DNA of 64,000 nucleotides from Candidatus Hermodarchaeota archaeon (GTDB lineage: Archaea > Asgardarchaeota > Thorarchaeia > Thorarchaeales > Thorarchaeaceae), in NCBI GenBank assembly GCA_048885865.1, contig JBHLLF010000009.1, positions 38,768-102,767 on the forward strand, written 5' to 3'. Below are positions 1 through 8,755 of the stretch, in pieces. The translations under genes and the position numbers were made by a program. The notes beneath the pieces are model-generated. The model had not been told where the DNA came from. It did no database searches and saw nothing but the letters and a program-made list of their open reading frames with translations. Each line of letters opens with the position of its first letter. Positions within the stretch are counted from its first letter, which is position 1.

Positions 1-2
1 AA

Positions 3-260
3 CAAGTTAGGGAACAACAGATTGCTGAGGCACAGGCGCAGAAGGAGGCAATTCTACGACAGATATTGACTCCCGAGGCCCGTTCTAGGCTCACGAACAT
101 CAGAATGGTCAAGCCCCAAGTTGCAGAACAGATTGAGTTGCAGCTCATTCAGCTGGCTTCATCTGGAAGGCTGAGGGCGAGAGTGACTGATGAACAATTG
201 AAGAAACTGCTCCAACAGATAACTGGAAAGGAACGAGAGAGGAAAATCTCGTTTAGATAG
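3..260 (+). CDS. PDCD5/TFAR19-like DNA-binding protein (5'-partial)
   Basis: The frame is open from the window start: [26 protein letters not shown]...IELQLIQLA. It sits in the usual position before L39e. Confidence 0.9.
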   Translation, partial: QVREQQIAEAQAQKEAILRQILTPEARSRLTNIRMVKPQVAEQIELQLIQLASSGRLRARVTDEQLKKLLQQITGKERERKISFR

Positions 261-278
261 CTGCGTAAGGTGAAAGAA

Positions 279-434
279 ATGGCAAGGAACAAACCCCTCG
301 CGAAGAAACTCAGGATGGCAAGAGCACTCAAGAGTAATTCCTCAGTGCCCACCTGGGCTGTAGTTAAGACTGGTGGGAAAGTAAGAAGAACACCCAAGCA
401 GCGAAACTGGCGCGAAACCAAACTCAAACCGTAG
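279..434 (+). CDS. rpl39e: 50S ribosomal protein L39e (not in ORF track)
   Basis: Manual translation gives [58 protein letters not shown]-like motif upstream. Confidence 0.95.
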   Translation: MARNKPLAKKLRMARALKSNSSVPTWAVVKTGGKVRRTPKQRNWRETKLKP

Positions 435-447
435 TCAGGTGTGCTAA

Positions 448-846
448 ATGATTGATGAGAAAGAGATTGAGGAGATTCCTGAACTCGAAGAGATAGAAGA
501 GATTGGCGAGGATGAGGAGATCGAAGCTGTAGAGGATAGGCCAGATGCTGAGGAAGTTGAACCCGCTGAAGTCGTTCCAGAGGAAGAAATCATCGATGAA
601 CGAATCTACACAGTACCCCTGAGAAAAGCATACTGGACTGGCAGCAGACTCCGTAGGTCTAATAGGGCCGTAAGAATACTCAGAGAGTTCGTAGAACGTC
701 ACATGAAGCCCGAAGAGGTTGTGATTCAACCTGAGGTGAACGAGAGAATCTGGGAGAGAGGGATCCAGAAGCCTCCACGAAGGATAAGAATTCGGGCAAC
801 CAAAAACTCAGATAACCTTGTCCGAGTTTATCTGGCAGAGGGATAG
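448..846 (+). CDS. rpl31e: 50S ribosomal protein L31e with acidic N-terminal extension
   Basis: ERIYTVPLR...RAVRILREFVERHMK...VNERIWERGIQKPPRRIRIR. Confidence 0.95.
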   Translation: MIDEKEIEEIPELEEIEEIGEDEEIEAVEDRPDAEEVEPAEVVPEEEIIDERIYTVPLRKAYWTGSRLRRSNRAVRILREFVERHMKPEEVVIQPEVNERIWERGIQKPPRRIRIRATKNSDNLVRVYLAEG

Positions 847-851
847 TATAA

Positions 852-1517
852 ATGATCGCCCGATATGACTTCGAGGGCGATTCAAATGTTGGTGCCTTTG
901 GAATCGCCACAGACAGGTATGTGTTTGTTTCTCCAAACATGTCAGAAAGGTCCATAGATACTATGGAACGTGTCTTCAATCTTCCATTGGTGCAGTCAAC
1001 AGTGGCCACCTTAGATGTGATTGGCCTTGTCTGTGTAGCGAATTCAAATGGCATTCTTCTTCCATACACAACTAATGATGATGAGCTTGAGGCATTGAAG
1101 GAATATCCTGACATTCGGGTAGAGTGGATTGATAACAAGATGACGGCTCTGGGCAATATCATCCTAGCAAATGATAGCGGAGCTATTTGCCATCCAGATT
1201 TTGACAAGAATGCGCGAGCCAAGATTTCAGACGCTCTAGATATCGAGGTCATTCCAGGAACCGTGGCTAATCTACCCACTGTTGGGTCCAACACAGCAAT
1301 AACAAATCAGGGTGCTATTGTCCATCCTATGGCCACAACAGCTGAAATTGAGAAGATATCACAGCTGTTAAAAGTGCACGTCGAGGTTGGCACAGTCAAC
1401 CGAGGCAGTCCCTACACCAGTCTAGGTGTAATGGCGAATATGGACAGCATGATTGTTGGGTCAGAAACAACGGGTGTGGAATTGGCCCACATCAGTCAAG
1501 TCCTAGGCTTTGTCTAA
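852..1517 (+). CDS. eif6: Translation initiation factor 6 (aIF6)
   Basis: GDSNVGAF, GNIILAND, GTVNRG and GSETTGVEL motifs; synteny. Confidence 0.95.
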   Translation: MIARYDFEGDSNVGAFGIATDRYVFVSPNMSERSIDTMERVFNLPLVQSTVATLDVIGLVCVANSNGILLPYTTNDDELEALKEYPDIRVEWIDNKMTALGNIILANDSGAICHPDFDKNARAKISDALDIEVIPGTVANLPTVGSNTAITNQGAIVHPMATTAEIEKISQLLKVHVEVGTVNRGSPYTSLGVMANMDSMIVGSETTGVELAHISQVLGFV

Positions 1518-1532
1518 AGAGGTGTTATTCAG

Positions 1533-1775
1533 ATGAGTTCCAAAGTATGGAGAGCAAAGGGCGAGTATCGTAAGATGAAACGGAAGTTCACTTTCTCAAA
1601 GGAGATGATTGCACTGAAAGAGGCTCATGTTATGGAGAAGATTTACTCTGAGCTAGGCAGTCGTCACAGAGTGAAAAGAAAGGATATCACAGTCACTGAG
1701 CTTGTTGAGATTAAACCTGAAGAGGCGACGAATCTGGAGCTCAGAAGGATACTCGGACTGGAGAGCGAACTCTAA
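1533..1775 (+). CDS. rpl18a: 50S ribosomal protein LX/L18a (eL20)
   Basis: F.KE...EKIYSELGSRHRVKRKDI; synteny. Confidence 0.9.
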   Translation: MSSKVWRAKGEYRKMKRKFTFSKEMIALKEAHVMEKIYSELGSRHRVKRKDITVTELVEIKPEEATNLELRRILGLESEL

Positions 1776-2212
1776 TGACGGAGGAGCAACAGAAACTCCT
1801 TCAGCAGCTCTACCGGGAACAACAACTCGCTGAGTCCAACCTAAATGCCCTTCAACAACAAATCGAATTGACACAGGTGCTGCTAAATCAGTACCAAAAT
1901 GGGTTTATCGTGTTAAAAGAGCTTGAAAGCGGAAAGGAAGGCCAAGAAACGATGTTCAATGTTGGAGGAGGTATCTTCGTACAGGCAAAGCTGATAGATA
2001 CCTCCAAAGTGACAAGAGCCCTCGGAAGCGGAGTCAGAATCGAGCAGAGTCTTGAGCAGGCCATTGAAGGAGTCGAAAAGGCCATCGAGAGTCTTGGTAG
2101 ACAGTATGAGAGCCTTATTACTGAACTAGGAAAGATCGCCAGAAGGTCAGAAGAGATTGATGCTCAGATGAGACAACTGGTGGCACAGATGCAAGGCCAG
2201 GGGGCACAATAG
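1775..2212 (+). CDS. pfdA: Prefoldin alpha subunit
   Basis: Coiled coils flank the VGGGIFVQA...LGSGVRIE hairpins; synteny. Confidence 0.9.
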   Translation: MTEEQQKLLQQLYREQQLAESNLNALQQQIELTQVLLNQYQNGFIVLKELESGKEGQETMFNVGGGIFVQAKLIDTSKVTRALGSGVRIEQSLEQAIEGVEKAIESLGRQYESLITELGKIARRSEEIDAQMRQLVAQMQGQGAQ

Positions 2213-2213
2213 C

Positions 2214-3122
2214 TTGTTTGAGAAGCTCCGGGGTGCAATGGACTCTGCGGTCACTAAAGCCACCACTAAGGAGCTAAACGAGAAGAACCTTGCAGATGCG
2301 GTATGGGACCTTCAGATGGTCCTAATTCAGAACGATGTCGCAGTAGATGTTGCTGAGCATATTTGTAACCTGACCAAGGAGAAGCTGATTGGGACGAGAG
2401 CAGGTCGTCTGGAGAAGACTGGTAAACTGTTCAGAGCTGCAATCTATGAGTCAATAATGGAAGTCTTGACGCCTGAACATCCACTTGATCCAATTCAGTT
2501 CGCCTCTGACAAGAAAGCAAAAGGAGAACATACCGTGATTCTCTTTGTGGGTGTAAACGGGACTGGAAAGACAACTACATTGGCAAAGCTGGCAAATCTC
2601 TACAAGAAGAACGGTTTCTCTGTTGTTATCGCAGCTGGAGATACATTCCGCGCCGGAAGTATTGAGCAGCTTGAAGAACACGCAAAAAGGCTTGGAATTC
2701 GAGTCATCAAGCAGAATTATGGCTCTGATGCAGCAGCTGTAGCATATGATGCGATATCCCACGCACGGGCAAAAGGGATTGACATTGTTTTGATAGACTC
2801 AGCAGGTAGAATGCAGAGTAACAAGAACCTCATCTCTGAGATGCAGAAGATTGCGAGAGTTACCGAACCAGACTTGAAAATCTTCGTGGGAGATGCACTT
2901 GCAGGGAATGATGCTCTCTCTCAAGCAAAAGAGTTCAATGATGCGATAGAGATAGATGGGGCTATTCTGACTAAGGTGGATGCGGATCCCTCTGGAGGTG
3001 CCGCGCTTTCAGTGGCCTTTGTTACAGGTCGACCTGTGGTCTATATCGGAGTTGGGCAGAGTTATGATGATCTACGCAAGTTCGAGCCTGAGTGGTTTGC
3101 CCAGAGACTCGTAGCTAGTTAA
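2214..3122 (+). CDS. ftsY: SRP receptor FtsY
   Basis: GVNGTGKTTT, DTFRAGS, DSAGR, TKVD; TTG start. Confidence 0.96.
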   Translation: MFEKLRGAMDSAVTKATTKELNEKNLADAVWDLQMVLIQNDVAVDVAEHICNLTKEKLIGTRAGRLEKTGKLFRAAIYESIMEVLTPEHPLDPIQFASDKKAKGEHTVILFVGVNGTGKTTTLAKLANLYKKNGFSVVIAAGDTFRAGSIEQLEEHAKRLGIRVIKQNYGSDAAAVAYDAISHARAKGIDIVLIDSAGRMQSNKNLISEMQKIARVTEPDLKIFVGDALAGNDALSQAKEFNDAIEIDGAILTKVDADPSGGAALSVAFVTGRPVVYIGVGQSYDDLRKFEPEWFAQRLVAS

Positions 3123-3194
3123 ACAGGTGGACAGTTTTATTACGCGGCAGAATCTGAGACCTCAGTATCTAATCCACTAGTCGAGGTAACCATT

Positions 3195-4121
3195 TTGGAT
3201 TTCAAAGGTAGAAGTTTTGTAGATCTTTCAGATTTCAACAGAGATGAACTGAGAGTCTTTCTTGATAAGGCACATGAGCTGAAACGCAAACAGAATAATG
3301 GAGAGCCCCACCAGATTCTGAAGGGCAAGTCACTTGCGATGATCTTCATGAAGTCATCGACAAGGACGCGTGTTTCCTTTGAAGTGGGGATGACTCAGCT
3401 TGGTGGTCATGCGCTCTACCTTCAGCCTAGTGGCACACAGCTTGGCAGAGGAGAAACGATTGCAGACACTGCTAAGGTCCTAAGCAGATATTGTGATGTG
3501 ATTATGGCCCGAGTATTTGGCCATAATGAGGTGACTGAATTAGCCGAACATGCTACAGTTCCCGTAATCAATGGACTTTCTGACTATAATCATCCTTGTC
3601 AAATCATGGCTGACATGATGACGATTGAGGAACAAAAGGGTAAGCTGGAAGGACTCAAGATAGCATATGTCGGTGACTCAAACAATGTGAGCAATTCGAT
3701 AATGCAAGGTTGCACCATTATGGGAATGGATGTCACGATTGGCTCGCCGAAAGGGTACACTCCCTCTGAGGAAATCATCAAGAAAGCTGACGCATTGAGC
3801 AAGACCTACAACACAACCGTTGAAGTGGTTAACGATCCTGCTGATGCCGTGAAAGGAGCTGCTGTAATATACACTGACACCTTCTTCAGCATGGGTCAGG
3901 AAAAATCAAAAGAGAAGGAAGATGCCTTAATGCCATTCCAAGTCAATAGGGCTCTTGTTGGCAAGGCAAGCAAAGATGTGATTGTGATGCACTGCCTGCC
4001 GGCTCATCGTGATGAAGAGCTGACCTCTGATATAATGGATGATGACAAGTATAGTGTTGTATTTGACCAAGCAGAGAATCGTCTGCATGCGCAGAAGGGA
4101 ATAATGGCACTCATAGTGTAA
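3195..4121 (+). CDS. argF: Ornithine carbamoyltransferase
   Basis: STRTR, HPCQ, HCLP, QAENR motifs. Confidence 0.95.
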   Translation: MDFKGRSFVDLSDFNRDELRVFLDKAHELKRKQNNGEPHQILKGKSLAMIFMKSSTRTRVSFEVGMTQLGGHALYLQPSGTQLGRGETIADTAKVLSRYCDVIMARVFGHNEVTELAEHATVPVINGLSDYNHPCQIMADMMTIEEQKGKLEGLKIAYVGDSNNVSNSIMQGCTIMGMDVTIGSPKGYTPSEEIIKKADALSKTYNTTVEVVNDPADAVKGAAVIYTDTFFSMGQEKSKEKEDALMPFQVNRALVGKASKDVIVMHCLPAHRDEELTSDIMDDDKYSVVFDQAENRLHAQKGIMALIV

Positions 4122-4133
4122 GAGGCTGTAGAA

Positions 4134-5105
4134 TTGGTGCGAGAGATTGTTGTCGTGGGCAGAATCAATGTAGACGTGATTATGGAAGTCGGCAGGATTC
4201 CAGCAAAGAATGAGCATGTCACAAGCAGACAAGGTTTCATATCTTTTGGCGGTTCGGCATCAAACTTTGCTACCCAAGCAGCTAGACTCGGTGTGGGCAC
4301 AGGGATAGTCGGTTGCGTTGGTGATGACTTCTATGGGCAGCAGGCCTTGAAAGATCTATCAAATGCTGGTGTAGATACCAGTTCAGTTCTAGTCTTGGAC
4401 AACCAACCAACTGGCATATTCTTTCTAGCGGAGCAGAAGAATGGAGACAGAGTTGTTATTTCAGAACCAGGCGCAAATCGATTTCTAGAGAAACATGTCC
4501 TTGATGAAGACCTTCTGATAAAATCTACAGTTGTGCATCTCGCTGGTGCATTTCCAATGCTGACATCTAGAATCCAAGAGGTGTCCACAGCGAATGGAAT
4601 GATATTTTCCTTTGATCCAGGAAGGGCCGCGGGCTCTTTGGACTTCAAATCAGTCCTTCGGAGAACCGATCTTCTGTTTCTAAACCAAGGAGAGCTACGC
4701 AACTACTTCAAGATTAACCCGAACGAGAAGGCATTGAAAGCGTTTGCCAAGACAATACCGGGAATTGTGATAGTCAAGAAGGGAGAGAAAGGCGCGGTTG
4801 CTACTGATGGGTTTGAGTACTGCACATCCCCGGTTTTCGATGTCCCTGCGGTTGACACGTTGGGAGCTGGAGATGCTTTTGCAGCCGGCTTTGTCACTGC
4901 CTGGACTCGCTCAGAGAGGATTGAGCAAGCGCTTCATGTCGCTAATGCGGTTGCGGCTCTGACAATTACCAAGAAAGGTGCTCAAAACGGACAGCCCACA
5001 ATGGATGAAACAGCTAGGCTTCTGAAGAAGAACAGAGTAGCAATCGACTCAGTATTGAGAACCTTCAAGCCCAAGAAACGAAGAAAGGGAAAGGGTAGGC
5101 GATAG
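4134..5105 (+). CDS. PfkB/ribokinase-family carbohydrate kinase with basic C-terminal tail
   Basis: GGSASN and DTLGAGDAFAAGF signature. Confidence 0.9.
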   Translation: MVREIVVVGRINVDVIMEVGRIPAKNEHVTSRQGFISFGGSASNFATQAARLGVGTGIVGCVGDDFYGQQALKDLSNAGVDTSSVLVLDNQPTGIFFLAEQKNGDRVVISEPGANRFLEKHVLDEDLLIKSTVVHLAGAFPMLTSRIQEVSTANGMIFSFDPGRAAGSLDFKSVLRRTDLLFLNQGELRNYFKINPNEKALKAFAKTIPGIVIVKKGEKGAVATDGFEYCTSPVFDVPAVDTLGAGDAFAAGFVTAWTRSERIEQALHVANAVAALTITKKGAQNGQPTMDETARLLKKNRVAIDSVLRTFKPKKRRKGKGRR

Positions 5106-5175
5106 TCGGTATTACCGTCGTAGTATTCCACTTTTTCTTAGGAGAATACACCGATATTAGCACGGAACTGAAGGT

Positions 5176-6369
5176 GTGATTGAGCTTATGCATCCATTAT
5201 TGGAAGAGGTCCTTCGTACAGCGCCAACTGGACAACGTGAAACACAGTATGGCAAGTCCTCAAAGAAGACTCCTGCGAAATCTGCCACAACTGATGAGGA
5301 TCTGGCTAGTATTTTGGAATCCGTCAGCGCCAGGATACTCGTAGTTGGAGTTGGCGGAGCTGGTAACAATGCAGTAACACGTTTGATGCAAGTTGGAGTA
5401 GAAGGAGCGGAAACACTTGCAGCTAACACGGATGCGCAGGACCTCTATTTTTGCAGCTCAAACCATAAGCTGCTTCTTGGCAGGGAAACCTGTGGAGGAC
5501 TCGGAGCTGGAAACGACCCCGATATAGGTGAAGCTGCGGCTCTAGAAACATATGAAGTCATTAAAGATGTGATTCGAGGCGATCTTGTGTTTATAACCGC
5601 TGGAATGGGTGGTGGAACAGGAACAGGCGCCGCACCGCTAATTGCCAAAGCCGCACAAGAAAATGGTGCTCTGACAGTGGCCATTGTGTGTCTGCCCTTT
5701 GAAGTGGAGGGGGACACTAGAAGACGGAATGCTCAGCGTGGCCTCAATGCAATCATGGAACATGTGGATACCTTGATAGCCATACCCAATGAGAAGCTCT
5801 TGGAGATAGCTCCTGACCTTTCCTTGCCAGAGGCCTTCATGGTGGCCGATGAGGTCCTAGTGAGAGCTGTAAAGGGCATCGCGGAATTGATCTCAAAGCC
5901 TGGGCTTGTGAACCTAGACTTTGCTGATGTCCGTACAACGATGAAGAATGGTGGCGTTTCAATCATCGCACTTGGCGAGGGAGAGGGAGAGAACAGAGCT
6001 GAAGACGCTGTAATCAATGCTCTGAGGAACCCCTTGATAGAAGTTTCAATTGAGAACGCGCGTAACATTCTTGTCAATGTCAGTGGCAGCACTGACCTTC
6101 AGTTGTCTGAGGCAAAGCAAGTCGTACAACTGGTGACTGAGCAAGTGAATCCTGGAGTAGAGATAATCTATGGGGCATTGATCGCTCCAGAACTTGAGGA
6201 TCGAATTCGTGTGACCATTATTGCATCTGGTGTAAGCTCTCCGTATGTCTTCGATAAGACAGAGAGAGTAATGCCTTTAGCAGATGACCTGAAGACTGAC
6301 TTGGGACTTCAGAGGTTGGATGAATCCGACATGGACAATCAGGAAGGGTTAAAAGAAGACTCGGACTGA
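5176..6369 (+). CDS. ftsZ: Cell division protein FtsZ (ftsZ1-type context)
   Basis: GVGGAGNNA, GMGGGTGTG, NLDFADV; upstream of secE-spt5. Confidence 0.97.
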   Translation: MIELMHPLLEEVLRTAPTGQRETQYGKSSKKTPAKSATTDEDLASILESVSARILVVGVGGAGNNAVTRLMQVGVEGAETLAANTDAQDLYFCSSNHKLLLGRETCGGLGAGNDPDIGEAAALETYEVIKDVIRGDLVFITAGMGGGTGTGAAPLIAKAAQENGALTVAIVCLPFEVEGDTRRRNAQRGLNAIMEHVDTLIAIPNEKLLEIAPDLSLPEAFMVADEVLVRAVKGIAELISKPGLVNLDFADVRTTMKNGGVSIIALGEGEGENRAEDAVINALRNPLIEVSIENARNILVNVSGSTDLQLSEAKQVVQLVTEQVNPGVEIIYGALIAPELEDRIRVTIIASGVSSPYVFDKTERVMPLADDLKTDLGLQRLDESDMDNQEGLKEDSD

Positions 6370-6419
6370 GAGCAGTCGAATCCTACTTGAGGGATTCAGA
6401 CACCAGGATGTGAACACAT

Positions 6420-6635
6420 TTGGGCATTAGTGAATTCATTCAAGAGAGCAGACGCATCCTAAAGCTAGCTACCAAGCCTTCCAGGACGGAACTTTGGACA
6501 AGCACAAAGATTACGCTATTAGCTATGGTTCTAGTTGGTCTGCTTAGTTTCATTGTCCAAATCTTCATGACTACTATTACCAGCGACTGGGGTACCGAAA
6601 GCTGGATACCGATATCATTGGCAGGGCTGTTATAG
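6420..6635 (+). CDS. secE: Protein translocase SecE/Sec61-gamma
   Basis: RILKLATKPSRTE followed by one TM helix; synteny. Confidence 0.93.
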   Translation: MGISEFIQESRRILKLATKPSRTELWTSTKITLLAMVLVGLLSFIVQIFMTTITSDWGTESWIPISLAGLL

Positions 6636-6679
6636 TCCCTAGCCTATCCAGCAGCCGAACATATCAAGGGGGTTTCTAG

Positions 6680-7360
6680 TTGGAGCCAAAAAGCAGCATT
6701 TACGCGGTTCGCACTACCATAGGACAAGAGAAGGGCGTTACAGACCTTATAACTACAGCAGTCATAGGTGAAACAGATGTCTGGACATGTCCTTTCTGTT
6801 CTGAGGAGTTTTCTTCTAAGGAAGCCACCTTAGAGCACATGAGCAGCTGCAAGAAGAAGAAAAAGAAGTCAGGAGAGCCAAAGTTGGTATCGACCAACCA
6901 GCTTCTGGGACGGGTCAAGGCAATTTTGGTACCCGAAACTCTTCGAGGCTATGTATTCCTAGAGACCCTTGAGTTTAGAGATGTGGAGATTGCAATCTCA
7001 GGTGTACCGCATGTTAGAGGCCGCGTAGGTGGCAAGGTCAGCTTTGAAGAAATCGATAAGTTCTTGGTACCAAAGCCGGCTGCAGAAGGAATCTCGACTG
7101 GAGATGTTGTAGAGATCATTTCTGGACCATTCAAGGGGGAACGAGCCAAGGTTGCACGAGTTGACGCGGCAAAGGAGGAACTCATTCTGGAGCTTTTAGA
7201 CAGCCCGCATACAATTCCGATACGTGTCCACGCAGACTTTGCTAAAATAGTTGAGAAAGCACATCGTGAGGAAGAGGTCGAGGTCACCGGTGATGATGAA
7301 GACCGGGCTGATGAGAAGGAAGAGGATTTGGAAGACGACTCTTTCTGGGCTCACGACTAG
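6680..7360 (+). CDS. spt5: Transcription elongation factor Spt5 (NusG) with Zn-finger insertion and acidic tail
   Basis: NGN domain (IYAVRTTIGQE...LRGYVFLE) plus KOW (GDVVEIISGPFKGERAKV). Confidence 0.95.
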   Translation: MEPKSSIYAVRTTIGQEKGVTDLITTAVIGETDVWTCPFCSEEFSSKEATLEHMSSCKKKKKKSGEPKLVSTNQLLGRVKAILVPETLRGYVFLETLEFRDVEIAISGVPHVRGRVGGKVSFEEIDKFLVPKPAAEGISTGDVVEIISGPFKGERAKVARVDAAKEELILELLDSPHTIPIRVHADFAKIVEKAHREEEVEVTGDDEDRADEKEEDLEDDSFWAHD

Positions 7361-7435
7361 CAGGGACCATTCAGTCACTCCAAAATGCTTAAAACATTCT
7401 AGATGTGGGGTCGAATCATCTCCTTAATTGGACAT

Positions 7436-7566
7436 AGACGCACGACGTCGTGTCTGGGGTGAAGAAAGTGACAATGAATGCAGTAGACCGAACTGGACAG
7501 AGTACTACTTGTGCCATTAGGTCGACCATAATCGTGGCGTCCAAGGACCCATCGAGGTTACTGCAT
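7436..7566 (+). promoter_or_regulatory. Structured leader of the L11-L1-P0-L12 operon (putative)
   Basis: Palindrome CACGACGTCGTG at 7441-7452. ATGCAGTAGACC (7478-7489) pairs with GGTTACTGCAT (7556-7566) directly before the GGAG SD. Confidence 0.45.
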
Positions 7567-7582
7567 CAGGAGTTGTGAAAAA

Positions 7583-8089
7583 TTGAGCGAAACTAAGCCA
7601 ATTATTGTAGAGGCGATGGTAGAGGGTGGCAAAGCCTCCGGAGGGCCGCCGATTGGACCGGCTCTTGGACCTACTGGGGTAAACATATTCCAGGTCGTCA
7701 CCAAAATCAATGAGGTCACTGAAGCCTTTGCTGGTCTCAAGGTACCTGTGAAGATAACGGTCAACCCAAATGACAAGAGCTTCACCGTTGATGTGGGAAC
7801 TCCACCAACTAGCGCACTGATCTTGAAAGAGATTGGGCAACCAAAGGGCTCCGGAGAGCCAAACACAAACATCGTTGGAAACCTCACTATTGACCAGATC
7901 AAGTCAATTGCAAAGGGCAAAGCGAGTGACATCTCCGCACTCAACTTGAAGAGTGCAGCTCTGATTGTGTCTGGCACCTGCGTTTCAATGGGTGTGACTG
8001 TGGAAGGAAAGGCTGCCAAGGAGTTCCAGCAGGAAGTCAAAGATGGTGTCTGGGACAGCCAGCTGGACGAACCACTCAGGGAGGGCTAA
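7583..8089 (+). CDS. rpl11: 50S ribosomal protein L11
   Basis: GGKASGGPPIGPALGP, GTCVSMGVTVEG. Confidence 0.97.
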   Translation: MSETKPIIVEAMVEGGKASGGPPIGPALGPTGVNIFQVVTKINEVTEAFAGLKVPVKITVNPNDKSFTVDVGTPPTSALILKEIGQPKGSGEPNTNIVGNLTIDQIKSIAKGKASDISALNLKSAALIVSGTCVSMGVTVEGKAAKEFQQEVKDGVWDSQLDEPLREG

Positions 8090-8092
8090 TCT

Positions 8093-8755
8093 ATGTCAGT
8101 CAAAGTTGAACCCATAGAAGCCGCCGTCGCTGAGGCGAGAAAACTTGGAACTAAGAAGAAAAGGAAGTTCAAGCAGAGCTTTGATGTTGCTGTCAACTTC
8201 AGGAAGAAGGAGCTTGATGTTACCAAGCCAGAGAATCGATTCAATCAGGATGTTGTGCTCCCCAATGCGATGTTTCCTCCTGTAAAGGTATGCGCCTTTG
8301 GCGATGGTGATTTCGCGGAAAAAGCTCTGGCTGCTGGAGTTCAGAGGGTTGTGTCAAAAGACGAAATCCCAAAGCTTGGCGATGAAAAGAAGGAGAGAAA
8401 AGCCTTAGCAAAGGGCTTCGACTTTTTCATTGCGGCAGTAGATGCGATGCCCCTCGTGGGACGTTACCTAGGACAGGCATTGGGGCCCAGAGGGAAGATG
8501 CCAAGACCGTTCCCACCACAAGCAGATCTCAGTCCTGTGGTAGAGCAGTATCAACGGACTGTCCGAGTAAGGATGAGGAATACCCCAACGTTCCACGTCA
8601 AGGTTGGTCATGTGAATATGGCTGACAAAGAGGTTGCTGACAACATTGCGGCAGTTCTAAGCTTCGTGGACAGCAAGGGATTCCTGGACCGTGTCGGCAG
8701 CGTGCTCGTCAAGAGCACAATGGGACCAACGGTCAATGTACCAATCGAGAGGTGA
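8093..8755 (+). CDS. rpl1: 50S ribosomal protein L1
   Basis: RKFKQSFD, LGQALGPRGKMP, KSTMGP. Confidence 0.97.
   Translation: MSVKVEPIEAAVAEARKLGTKKKRKFKQSFDVAVNFRKKELDVTKPENRFNQDVVLPNAMFPPVKVCAFGDGDFAEKALAAGVQRVVSKDEIPKLGDEKKERKALAKGFDFFIAAVDAMPLVGRYLGQALGPRGKMPRPFPPQADLSPVVEQYQRTVRVRMRNTPTFHVKVGHVNMADKEVADNIAAVLSFVDSKGFLDRVGSVLVKSTMGPTVNVPIER

Noticed and set aside
680-1294. Long antisense ORFs here and opposite many core genes (e.g. 7558-8040, 62338-62811)
   Set aside because: They are shadows of well-supported genes on the other strand and have no recognisable motifs.
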